Assembly (NCBI GenBank): GCA_965219345.1
Contig: OZ244732.1
Location: 96,001-160,000, forward strand
Direction of reading: 5' to 3'
DNA: 64,000 nucleotides
DNA from: Nitrosopumilus sp.
GTDB lineage: Archaea > Thermoproteota > Nitrososphaeria > Nitrososphaerales > Nitrosopumilaceae
Under the pieces are notes generated by a model, which saw only the letters and a list, made by a program, of their open reading frames with translations, was not told where the DNA came from and made no database searches. How positions within the stretch are numbered: position 1 is the first letter of the stretch; the number at the start of each line of letters is the position of its first letter. The translations under genes were made by a program, and so were the position numbers. Shown here piece after piece: positions 41,248 to 50,281 of the stretch.

Positions 41248-43477
41248 CCTAGATGAAATTAAAGAAATGATTTCCATGAAAAAAAATGAATTAAATGATA
41301 TTGATAAAGAATTTGAACTTACTGGACCATTGATCACTTTAATGAATGCATTAAAAAAAATTAAAGAGATTAAATCGGTTAAAAGTAATACTGGTATTGA
41401 TTTAATTAATTTAGAAGTATACTTGTCTAAATTAACTGCGAATCATCAATCAGAACATCCTAAATATGACTATACTTTGTTTCCTCTACTTACTGGTTTA
41501 CCTAGACGTCCATATTCTAAAACTACTGATTATTTTGGAGGGGGGATAGGATCATTGATCCAAATTGAAAAAAAAGGCACTGGTCTGCCTCAAACTACAA
41601 TACCTGCAAACGATGTTTTTATTTCCATGTATCCTGGTTCTATTAGTTATAGATTTGGAGCATATAATCAAATTCGAATACCTTGTGGCCAATATTATGA
41701 GGATTTTGTTAGTCATTTACAAGGATTGCATAAATTATCCAAATCTCCGATTTCCACATTTGAAGACAATGATGTTTATGAGATAGAAAAAATCATTGGA
41801 ATTGCATTAGATATTATTAGGAATAGAAATCATGGCAACATCCCAATTTGTCCTAGGTGTTTGTCAATCAGTGTTTTTAGTGGACCACAAAGAGAACAAT
41901 GTGATCACATTAGAGATAAAACCGAATCTGTAGTAATGGTAAAAAATTTTCAACATCAACCAATTTTGAAAACAAAAGAAAATATTGATGAACGAAAAAT
42001 TCTTGAGTCAAAAAAGTTTACTTTTCCTCTTAATGAAATATTTGATAAGGTAGAATTTTTGGGAAACGCCCAAATTGTAACTGTTGCTACTGGATTTTCT
42101 AGACAAGCTTCATGGGGACAAGGTGCAAATGCTGGACATAATTCTGTTCATGTAAAATATAATCCATATGTTGGATATAAAATGGATACTAATGGAGTAA
42201 TATTCAAAATCAAAGAAATTCCTGAAAATTTTATTGATCAAATATTTGATGAATATTTTCTTGTTCGGGATATTTTAATTGATATTTTTGCAGAAAAAAT
42301 TGAAAAAATTATCCATGACAATGATAGATCAATTTTTGAATTAGAACTATGGTTATCTGGAATTATTAAAACACTCAATTTGGATTCTATTGATGATTCT
42401 TTTAATGTTAATGATGTTTTACAGGCTCTTCTTGGTTCAAATTTCAGGGAGAATTTTAAAAATAATATTGTTAGAGAGATAAGCTACTATTCACACATTC
42501 CAAATAATATTGGGCCTGATATAATTGATATTTTCAGTCAGGAGATAAACTCAGTATCCATTTCAATAGATGACTTAAAATTAAAAATTAAAGCTTTACT
42601 TAAAATTTCATTATCCTATTTAGCATATATGAGTGCATTAATAACATCTGGTTCGATGAACAAGGATGTAGATTTTATTTACCCTCAAGGGGCTAAAAAC
42701 GATGTTGTAATTTTTGACAGTGTTTCAAACGGTAATGGTGCTTCAAAATTAATTAATGATTATCTTATTGGAGAAGAAACGTCAGTTTCTCAAGAAAAAG
42801 GTTTACGTTCAAAATATTTCCAAGAGACTCTTTTTGAATTATTACTACCTTGCTCACAGGGTATTGCTGATAGAATTTTTTTCCAGAATTTAGATGATAA
42901 TTTTTCAAATTTCACTAGAAATGATTTGATTACTTATAGGTTAAATGAATTAAAAGAACAAAATAATTCTGCAACAGAGGAATTCAATCAAATAAAAAAT
43001 TCAAAAATTGAAAATATGTTTCCGATATCTATTGGAAAAAGACCTTTGCAAAAGCCTGATGGTGCCAATGTCGAAAATAAAAAAATCCAAGAAATTGCAC
43101 ATATCTGTATACACGGCTGTCCTGAATGTTTGCTTTTGAATAGTTATTCTGGACCTTCTATTCCTAGGTTGGAGCGATTTTATGTAAGCAAATATCTACT
43201 AGATCTTTATTTCAAATTTGTAACAGAGAAAATCCGTATAAGATCAAATGAAAGTATTTCGAATATTGAGAAAATTCTTAATCAATATGGTGTGATAATT
43301 ATTTCTCAAAAAATCACTGGAACTAACTGTGATTTTAGTGATTTGCTAACAAAAATTAATTCCTTAATTGGGGAAAAATTCAACAGTAAATTGGTAAAGT
43401 TTTCAGGAATTTGGTTTGATTGTCCAATTACAAAACCTTCTGATTTTAACATCTCTATTTTGGTAAGTGTGATATAA
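41240..43477 (+). CDS. DUF1998-like helicase partner (DpdJ-C/DrmB-like)
   Basis: CPRC, IFDSVSNGNGAS, CIHGCPECL typical of DUF1998 domains. Confidence 0.72.
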   Translation: MDNLDEIKEMISMKKNELNDIDKEFELTGPLITLMNALKKIKEIKSVKSNTGIDLINLEVYLSKLTANHQSEHPKYDYTLFPLLTGLPRRPYSKTTDYFGGGIGSLIQIEKKGTGLPQTTIPANDVFISMYPGSISYRFGAYNQIRIPCGQYYEDFVSHLQGLHKLSKSPISTFEDNDVYEIEKIIGIALDIIRNRNHGNIPICPRCLSISVFSGPQREQCDHIRDKTESVVMVKNFQHQPILKTKENIDERKILESKKFTFPLNEIFDKVEFLGNAQIVTVATGFSRQASWGQGANAGHNSVHVKYNPYVGYKMDTNGVIFKIKEIPENFIDQIFDEYFLVRDILIDIFAEKIEKIIHDNDRSIFELELWLSGIIKTLNLDSIDDSFNVNDVLQALLGSNFRENFKNNIVREISYYSHIPNNIGPDIIDIFSQEINSVSISIDDLKLKIKALLKISLSYLAYMSALITSGSMNKDVDFIYPQGAKNDVVIFDSVSNGNGASKLINDYLIGEETSVSQEKGLRSKYFQETLFELLLPCSQGIADRIFFQNLDDNFSNFTRNDLITYRLNELKEQNNSATEEFNQIKNSKIENMFPISIGKRPLQKPDGANVENKKIQEIAHICIHGCPECLLLNSYSGPSIPRLERFYVSKYLLDLYFKFVTEKIRIRSNESISNIEKILNQYGVIIISQKITGTNCDFSDLLTKINSLIGEKFNSKLVKFSGIWFDCPITKPSDFNISILVSVI

Positions 43478-44025
43478 TGACTCATGTTGATGAAGATAAC
43501 TATTCTATTGTTGAACTTGATATTTTGTCTTTAGAATTAATAAAATCTACCAATAACAATAATGTTGAAGTGATTATTATTTCTCCTTGGATTAAAGATT
43601 ATGCCATACCTATCACTTGGCCTTCTTTCACAAGTAATTTTATCGATATCACTGACATGCAAAGAACAAGTGATATTCTGAGATTATTATTACAAAATAA
43701 TGTATCTGTGACTATTGTTACTAGCTCTCCTGCAAAATTAAAAAGTGACAATTGGAACCAAAAACATATTCTAGATGCTACAGGATTTTGTGAACAAATT
43801 AAAAATGCTGGAGGAAAAATTGTTTACAATAAAAAAAATCATGGTAAAGTAACTTTAACTTCAGAATGCAGTTTGACTGGTTCTGGTAATTTTACGAATA
43901 AGGGTAGAGATCCAAAATTACAAGATAATGCTGGAGATCTAATTAATAAAAGTGTGGATGAGCGAAGTTATATCGCAAAACTTGCATGGGCAAATAAAAT
44001 TATCGATGAAGGACAATCAGAATAA
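43477..44025 (+). CDS. Phospholipase D-like nuclease (DpdK/DrmC-like)
   Basis: IISPWIKD and HGK-x8-TGSGNFT single HKD-type motif; follows the helicase pair. Confidence 0.82.
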   Translation: MTHVDEDNYSIVELDILSLELIKSTNNNNVEVIIISPWIKDYAIPITWPSFTSNFIDITDMQRTSDILRLLLQNNVSVTIVTSSPAKLKSDNWNQKHILDATGFCEQIKNAGGKIVYNKKNHGKVTLTSECSLTGSGNFTNKGRDPKLQDNAGDLINKSVDERSYIAKLAWANKIIDEGQSE

Positions 44026-44044
44026 TAAATTGAAATCAAAGAAA

Positions 44045-45304
44045 TTATTTTCCAAAATAATACAAACCCATTCTTCTATCTATAGAATTACACCAAGTCG
44101 CTAATCCTAATAATAATGATACATCTTCTTTATCTTTCATAGAATACTTTTTTGATCTTTTCAAATCATTTACAATGTCATCAAAACTTTGGGGTGTATC
44201 AGATAACAGTTTTAACATGTAATTGTATTCTGGAATGTTTTCTTTTAATTTTTTATTCAACTTTGATTTACCTGATCTTTTTTCCAATGACTCTAAGAAA
44301 TCTTTTCCTTCATTACTAAGATAAACAACACCCTTACGTTTAGTTGTAAATTTTAACAATTCTCCTAATTTTGTATAGCTACCATTCTCTGTTTCATATC
44401 TTGAATGTAACAAATTTTTTAATTGAATTCCATCTTTAATTGATTCCAAAAATTTGGGAAATTTAGTAACTGAGATCTGGGGTGGTTTAAAATTACCTGT
44501 AACTGGACTTGTTTTTTTATAATCTACATTTTGTTTATTGCCTTTTTCTGATGAACTTAATGCTTTATTTGAAATAATAAAAGTAAAACTTCCATATCCT
44601 CGATATGATAAATCCACTCTTAATGGTAAATCATCACTCAAACTTAGTTTAACTTCTCCACATTGTGCTACTATCTCAGATACTGTTGTTAAATAATCTA
44701 AAATTGTCCAACTTTTTACATCTCTTCTAGGAATTTTATTTTTAAGTGAATCAAATATTTGCCCTGAAAGATCAATGGTTTTACGATATGATAATCCCCC
44801 CTCATCTGAACCTACAATAAATTTTCCATCTTCCATACCAAAAAAGATCTCACGTGACACTGTTGATGCTTTAACTATCTCCAAAAATTCACTGGATGGA
44901 ATTGTTATTTGTGCATCATAATTCAAACTTTGAGGCTCTGGTAAGTTGAATTGTTCCTCCTCAAGCCATTCTAATTCATATCTAGTCTTTCCACTATTTA
45001 CAAAATTTAGTGCAATGTTTCTTTTTCTAATATCCAAATATAGTGTCTTATCTTTAGTAATTTTTGAAATGACTTGTCTTAATTTACCAATGTCTGCTTC
45101 ACTTGTAAATTTCTCAGAATTCCAACTAAACCCATCAAAAAATGAAGGTTGTAATTTTATGTCAATATAGCAAAAATCATGAGGATCAATACTTCTAATC
45201 CTTATCCCATTAGAACTTACATCAAATCTAGCTACGTCTGTAAATTTTGTAATTCCACGAAAGATAGCTTTGAATAATGATAAATCATCAATTTTTAATT
45301 CCAT
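44045..45304 (-). CDS. PCNA sliding-clamp domain fused to a C-terminal winged-helix-like domain
   Basis: First ~245 aa follow PCNA (FKAIFRGI...GIRIRSIDPHDFCYIDIKL...F; LDYL; DLPLRVD..GSFTFIIS); linker; ~145-aa tail with LGELLKF...VYLSNEGKDFL wing. Confidence 0.8.
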   Translation of the reverse strand: MELKIDDLSLFKAIFRGITKFTDVARFDVSSNGIRIRSIDPHDFCYIDIKLQPSFFDGFSWNSEKFTSEADIGKLRQVISKITKDKTLYLDIRKRNIALNFVNSGKTRYELEWLEEEQFNLPEPQSLNYDAQITIPSSEFLEIVKASTVSREIFFGMEDGKFIVGSDEGGLSYRKTIDLSGQIFDSLKNKIPRRDVKSWTILDYLTTVSEIVAQCGEVKLSLSDDLPLRVDLSYRGYGSFTFIISNKALSSSEKGNKQNVDYKKTSPVTGNFKPPQISVTKFPKFLESIKDGIQLKNLLHSRYETENGSYTKLGELLKFTTKRKGVVYLSNEGKDFLESLEKRSGKSKLNKKLKENIPEYNYMLKLLSDTPQSFDDIVNDLKRSKKYSMKDKEDVSLLLGLATWCNSIDRRMGLYYFGK

Positions 45305-46354
45305 TTACTTTCTACCAAACAATACATTTGAAATACTATTGTATTTTCTCTTTAATTTAGCATATCTCCATAAATAATCTAGAGATGATCTCTTGTAAAT
45401 CTCGTTTAGATATTTTTCATATTCTTCTTGCCCTTGTTTGATTAGTTTTTTTGCTAACTTTCTTTCATTTTTCATGACATGATCATTGTGAATTGCTCTC
45501 GATTTCCAATCATCCCATAGTGAATCTTGATTTACTCTACAAACTGGGCAATCACATTCTTGTAATTTTTTCAAATCTTTTCTTTTTAATAATGCACCGC
45601 CTCCAAACTTGGCTGTGTTATTGCCTACATACCTCTCAGCCGTGCCGGGTAATACAATCTGACCAAATGCAGCCTTTCTTCTATATCCTGATGAATCTGT
45701 ACTGTCTATTCCTAGATAGAATCCAAAATGTAACGAAAGTGGTGATGAACCTAATCCCATAATGTGGACATTGTAATCTGTATTTTGTTTTACACTTTCT
45801 ACAGTATACGATAACATATCAATTAGATTTTTGTTTGGTTGTCTATCTCCAAAAAATCCATTATAGTTTGTAAATTCAGGATTAACAATACTTCCAACTG
45901 CTACATAATCTGAATTCCCATACTTTTGAATCCATTTCAAATTTTTCATTAATGATTTTTTATTCCATGCATGAATTGAAGGAACTAGTTTTTCATCCAA
46001 ATTTGTAGATGATTGCCAATACTGAATATTTTTTGCAGTCTCTTTCCATCTTTTTTGCATTGTTGAGGGAGACATTCCATTTTTAAATGGATAATCAAAT
46101 GGAATTGTTTTATCAGGTTCTAAAGTTTCTTGAATATCTATAATTTTTTCTAAATCTAATTCTATATCTTGCATATTTGCTGTAAATGCTCCATTATCTA
46201 GAAACAATTTCCCAGGATTGTATGGAAGTTTTGGTTCTTCTTTTTTGTAATAGTTGATAGCAGAATCCATAATGTGATCTTTTCTACGATCTGTTTTTAC
46301 AGGAGCAGTTGGTTGTTCGCCCATCCATAACAATACATCTTCATTTTGAGACAT
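45305..46354 (-). CDS. dpdA: tRNA-guanine transglycosylase paralogue, DpdA-like (putative DNA 7-deazaguanine inserting enzyme)
   Basis: FLDNGAF, PFDYP, HIMGLG, DSTDSS (nucleophile Asp), CDCPVC...H Zn site; 349 aa with no PUA domain; near queD/queE, helicase and PLD. Confidence 0.72.
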   Translation of the reverse strand: MSQNEDVLLWMGEQPTAPVKTDRRKDHIMDSAINYYKKEEPKLPYNPGKLFLDNGAFTANMQDIELDLEKIIDIQETLEPDKTIPFDYPFKNGMSPSTMQKRWKETAKNIQYWQSSTNLDEKLVPSIHAWNKKSLMKNLKWIQKYGNSDYVAVGSIVNPEFTNYNGFFGDRQPNKNLIDMLSYTVESVKQNTDYNVHIMGLGSSPLSLHFGFYLGIDSTDSSGYRRKAAFGQIVLPGTAERYVGNNTAKFGGGALLKRKDLKKLQECDCPVCRVNQDSLWDDWKSRAIHNDHVMKNERKLAKKLIKQGQEEYEKYLNEIYKRSSLDYLWRYAKLKRKYNSISNVLFGRK

Positions 46355-46425
46355 ATCAAAAAGATATGAACATCACTATTTTAACTTGAGGACAATTTTC
46401 TTTTAGGAAATCATCTGATATTAAT

Positions 46426-47805
46426 TTAAATTTTGTACGTCTTGTTCTCCTGAACAATTGTGATTTTATCAGTCGCTTTCTTGTAGGCTTCTGGATAAAC
46501 TGTATGAATTGGATAAAGCATATCTGCATCTATTTTTTTCACTACATCTAAGAGATCTTGTCCTTTTGCATGTCCTGAACAATGACTCTGAACTCGTTCC
46601 AAATCAAAGTGATTCAGCCATATATCCACTCGTTCTTTGTCAAATATTCCTTCATCATTGAAGGGCTCAGATGACGAATGAATATAAAGTGAGCCTGATT
46701 GTGGTTTGATATCAATTAGAGCACCAAAATTCCAAAATGAAAACGCACAAAGCATCTTATCTTGATTTTTTGCAATATCTACTGCAGTTACAATATTTGG
46801 TTCATCAAATAGTTCCTTTTGATATTTTTTCCAAGATGCTTTTTCTGGCTTGAAAATTGCAATATTTTCATCATCAAAGTTTGGAACCTTGAGCTGTGGG
46901 TCTTTTGATAGATATTTAAGATATACAACATTGGCTATATCAACTACAAACTTTCTATTATTTTCTTTTGCTATATTGTAAAAGGTTCGCATTCTATCCA
47001 TGTCTTTGAAATTAAAATCAGCAATGACTAGACCTGAATTGTTTTTTACATGAGAAGTACAATCATTGTATACTTTTTGTTCACTCTCATCAGTTTCTAA
47101 ATCTGTAATTCTAGTTCCTTCACAGATCAATGCAATAGGCTTTGAATCAGTAACTGCTTTTACAAAGTCTTCAGTCATATCTGGCCTAATACCATGCAGA
47201 CGAATGTCTCCAGTATATGCAACTGCGCCCTCGGATGTATGAATAATAAAACCATATGCGCCAGGTACTGAATGATCTACATGAATTGGTTCCACCTCTA
47301 ATGAACCAATTTTGAATTTATCTCCAGTTCTAAATGTTTTAATGTCTCGTTCTATCTCATCTGCTTTTTTATCTGTACGTGGTTTGAATGCTAGAATTTC
47401 TTTTTCAAAACTTCGTTGTCCACGTTCACGTATTGCTTCTAGTATTAGTTTACATGTATCTCCCATGTAGATTGGGATGTTTTCATGCAAAAATGAAATG
47501 TAATCTGCGTGATCTGCATGTGCATGAGTCAATAATACTGCATCAATGTCAGTATCTGCCTCTCTTTTCCCCATCATTTCCATTAAATCACTGCGATAAA
47601 CTCTATCCAAATTAGGAATCAAACCAATTTCTAGAAAATCACGTAGTCCTGTAGCGGTTCGTGGACTCATAAACTCGTCAAAATAATCACCACGTTTACC
47701 AAAACTCATCCCAAAATCAAGAAAAACTCTGGTATCTTTGTCCTGGAGTAGAATTTTGTTACCTCCAATCTCATTTACTCCTCCATAGAAAGTAATCTTT
47801 GTCAT
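46426..47805 (-). CDS. MBL-fold/beta-CASP hydrolase (RNase J-like)
   Basis: GGVNEIGGN, LDFG, THAHADH, DHSVPG, YTGD, SGH, PIHT; start reassigned to ATG 47805. Confidence 0.88.
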   Translation of the reverse strand: MTKITFYGGVNEIGGNKILLQDKDTRVFLDFGMSFGKRGDYFDEFMSPRTATGLRDFLEIGLIPNLDRVYRSDLMEMMGKREADTDIDAVLLTHAHADHADYISFLHENIPIYMGDTCKLILEAIRERGQRSFEKEILAFKPRTDKKADEIERDIKTFRTGDKFKIGSLEVEPIHVDHSVPGAYGFIIHTSEGAVAYTGDIRLHGIRPDMTEDFVKAVTDSKPIALICEGTRITDLETDESEQKVYNDCTSHVKNNSGLVIADFNFKDMDRMRTFYNIAKENNRKFVVDIANVVYLKYLSKDPQLKVPNFDDENIAIFKPEKASWKKYQKELFDEPNIVTAVDIAKNQDKMLCAFSFWNFGALIDIKPQSGSLYIHSSSEPFNDEGIFDKERVDIWLNHFDLERVQSHCSGHAKGQDLLDVVKKIDADMLYPIHTVYPEAYKKATDKITIVQENKTYKI

Positions 47806-47921
47806 AAAATTAACATAATATCTTCTCATATATGACAATTTCATAAAATATTATATTTCATCTAGGAAGGAAAATCTCATTTATTATAAAAAGTTACATA
47901 TTAGTAGTTTCATTATTTTTT

Positions 47922-48809
47922 ATGAATTATGATTGTCCCTTAAAATGTGGAAAAACCATCTATTTTGAAGAAATCAAATTCAATGATGGATTTTCATTTA
48001 ACATTCCATGTGAAAATAAACTTGGAACAATTCATGATTGTAAATATGATAATATAGAAAATTGGGAAAATTCTGGACATGTAATATATGATCATCCATT
48101 ATTCAAATCAAACAAGATTTTGCAAGAAGCTATCACTAAAAAAGAAAACGGAAATTTAGAAGAATACAAAAAAAATATTCAAAAAGCAATTAAAGAAGAT
48201 CCTGGATATGATAGTCTAAATTATTTGTCAGAGGCATATCAGGTAAATAATGAACTTGATGACGCACTAACTGCCACAATAACTCATTTGAGATTTGAAC
48301 CAAATCAGTGGGAAAGCATGATAGAAAAAGCGCAAATATTGACTGAAATGAAAAAAGAACCAGAAGCAATTGCTCATTTGAAAAAATGTATTGAAAACTA
48401 TGATCTGTTTAATGATCCTGAAGAATCTCCACGAGGAGGATGGGATTATAGATCTGGGTATTCCGGATATGGTTATTTGTATTATTGTATTGGAATAACA
48501 TATTTGTCAATGCGAGATTCATCAAATGCCAAGATCTATTTGGAATTAGCAGTTGCATGGATAAATGAAAATAACTCTGATAAAGTTTTGACAAAAGATT
48601 GGTTTAGTGAAGCATATTATAGATTAGGAGATGTCTTTGAAAATTTACGTGAACATAAAAAATCTTTAGAGATGAATTCAAAGGGAAATAATTTCTTAGA
48701 TGCAAAAAAAATTCAAAAGAAAATAAAAGAATCAATGACAATCAATACTATTGTGACAGATACTGCAAATAGTATCCGTGAAAGGAAAAAAATACATTTG
48801 AACCTATAA
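47922..48809 (+). CDS. TPR protein with N-terminal putative Zn finger
   Basis: CPLKCG...HDC, then several TPR-like repeats (AYYRLGDVF). Confidence 0.75.
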   Translation: MNYDCPLKCGKTIYFEEIKFNDGFSFNIPCENKLGTIHDCKYDNIENWENSGHVIYDHPLFKSNKILQEAITKKENGNLEEYKKNIQKAIKEDPGYDSLNYLSEAYQVNNELDDALTATITHLRFEPNQWESMIEKAQILTEMKKEPEAIAHLKKCIENYDLFNDPEESPRGGWDYRSGYSGYGYLYYCIGITYLSMRDSSNAKIYLELAVAWINENNSDKVLTKDWFSEAYYRLGDVFENLREHKKSLEMNSKGNNFLDAKKIQKKIKESMTINTIVTDTANSIRERKKIHLNL

Positions 48810-48814
48810 CTAAC

Positions 48815-49267
48815 ATGACGCAAGATGATCTTATAGCAATTCTTGAAATAGATTTTAGGGATCTGATTATGTATAAATTAACAGAAAAAAATTTTAAAAA
48901 TAGGGTTAATATACAAATCTATGAATCTGCTGTAAAATCACAGAATAGGGAATTGGAAAATGTTTTGTTCACCGCTGATGAAGAAAAACATAGAGTAATA
49001 GATTATTTTGAGTTTGGAGATTTAATTGGTGTTTTTGGGCACGCCTCTAATTATACGAAAAGTTTTGAAAAAATTTTTGGGGATAGTGATATATTTTTTG
49101 GATACCTGAAACAAATAGTACAATTAAGAAATCCAATTGAACATCACAGAGGAAAGATATTCAGAGAATATCTCAATGAAGAAAATAACTTTTTATTAAA
49201 AAAAGCTTTCAAGTATTTTCAATTTTATATCAAAAAACACAAAAATCATAATAGCATTCCATCTTAG
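48815..49267 (+). CDS. Swt1-like HEPN protein (putative RNase)
   Basis: LE..FR.LI, IDY..FGDL, F..IFGD, LRNPIEH (RxxxxH). Confidence 0.75.
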   Translation: MTQDDLIAILEIDFRDLIMYKLTEKNFKNRVNIQIYESAVKSQNRELENVLFTADEEKHRVIDYFEFGDLIGVFGHASNYTKSFEKIFGDSDIFFGYLKQIVQLRNPIEHHRGKIFREYLNEENNFLLKKAFKYFQFYIKKHKNHNSIPS

Positions 49268-49845
49268 ATTGGAGTGATTGGAACTCCTTCTGTATTTGCA
49301 GCTTTAATCAGTAGCCTATCTCGCGTAATCAATTGAACTTGTTCAGTTAAATGCATTTGAAGTAAAATACAATCGGTTACAGAAAGTGGTACTCCCTTTT
49401 CGTTAACATATTTTTTTGAATCAAATATTTCTCTTGCCTTGATCATTTCTTTATCTGCATGATCTATTTGGATTTTTTTGACTGTACCTATCTTTCTTAA
49501 TGATTTAATAATTTGATCTTGAGTTAATGACATACTGTACTCTTGTTTTTCCATATGGATGGTTTCAATTAGTATTCTATCAACTAAGACTAGATTTTTC
49601 TCAGTGCCTTGAATTTTTTTTGTAAGCTTTTCAACAATATTTTCATTATTGATTATTTCATGAATTATCATTGAATCTAGTAACAAATAGGTTATTTTTT
49701 CAGTACTTTGCTCTGATGTTTTGATATTTTGATTAGATATTTTGATGGTTGATAATTCTTTTTCGGATTTTTTATCAAGAAATTTGGTTGCTTCTTCTCT
49801 TCTTTTTCTATCCTTTTCTTTTCTTCGCTCTCTTTTAGACATCAA
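49264..49845 (-). CDS. PIN-domain ribonuclease (VapC-like)
   Basis: LLLDSM, ILIET, LSVTDC, LITRDRLL acidic tetrad. Confidence 0.82.
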   Translation of the reverse strand: MMSKRERRKEKDRKRREEATKFLDKKSEKELSTIKISNQNIKTSEQSTEKITYLLLDSMIIHEIINNENIVEKLTKKIQGTEKNLVLVDRILIETIHMEKQEYSMSLTQDQIIKSLRKIGTVKKIQIDHADKEMIKAREIFDSKKYVNEKGVPLSVTDCILLQMHLTEQVQLITRDRLLIKAANTEGVPITPI

Positions 49846-49974
49846 TCAAATCTCTATTTTTTAATATTTTACTTTTCTCTCTAATTATTTACTATTTTTC
49901 CAAGCTTTGAGTATGCCTCAATTATTTCCCAGCATTTTTTTTCAGCATCAGGAGACTTAAACTGCTAACCATTT

Positions 49975-50280
49975 TTATCCTCTACCACGGCTAATTATTT
50001 TTAAAATTCCTTTTTTGCCTAATCGAATAAAATTATCATCAATTCCAAATCTCTCAAAGATGCGTCTAAGAAAATAACTTCTGGTAAAAGAAACCGAAGC
50101 ATAAACAAAAGTGATTGCTAAATTTGCTACTACTGGGTCTTCTTGAATCCATCCCATAGAGATTGGTAAAATTACTATTCCAATTCCATACCCAATTGGA
50201 TAGCCTCCAAAAGAGTTCACAAAGGCCTCAGATAGGCTCTTTTTATGAGAATCTCGTGTATTTTTTTTAATTGTGGACAT
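49975..50280 (-). CDS. Small two-TM protein of a type seen in viral and prophage regions
   Basis: SL.EA..N...GY...S..RSY.LRR.FE pattern; start reassigned to ATG 50280. Confidence 0.6.
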   Translation of the reverse strand: MSTIKKNTRDSHKKSLSEAFVNSFGGYPIGYGIGIVILPISMGWIQEDPVVANLAITFVYASVSFTRSYFLRRIFERFGIDDNFIRLGKKGILKIISRGRG

Positions 50281-50281
50281 A

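Noticed and set aside
35052-44025. Canonical BREX or DISARM system
   Set aside because: No PglZ, PglX or other DNA methyltransferase motifs seen; TGT and que genes point to deazaguanine chemistry.
44045-45304. Housekeeping PCNA
   Set aside because: Too long, divergent, and embedded in an AT-rich island; treated as an accessory fusion.
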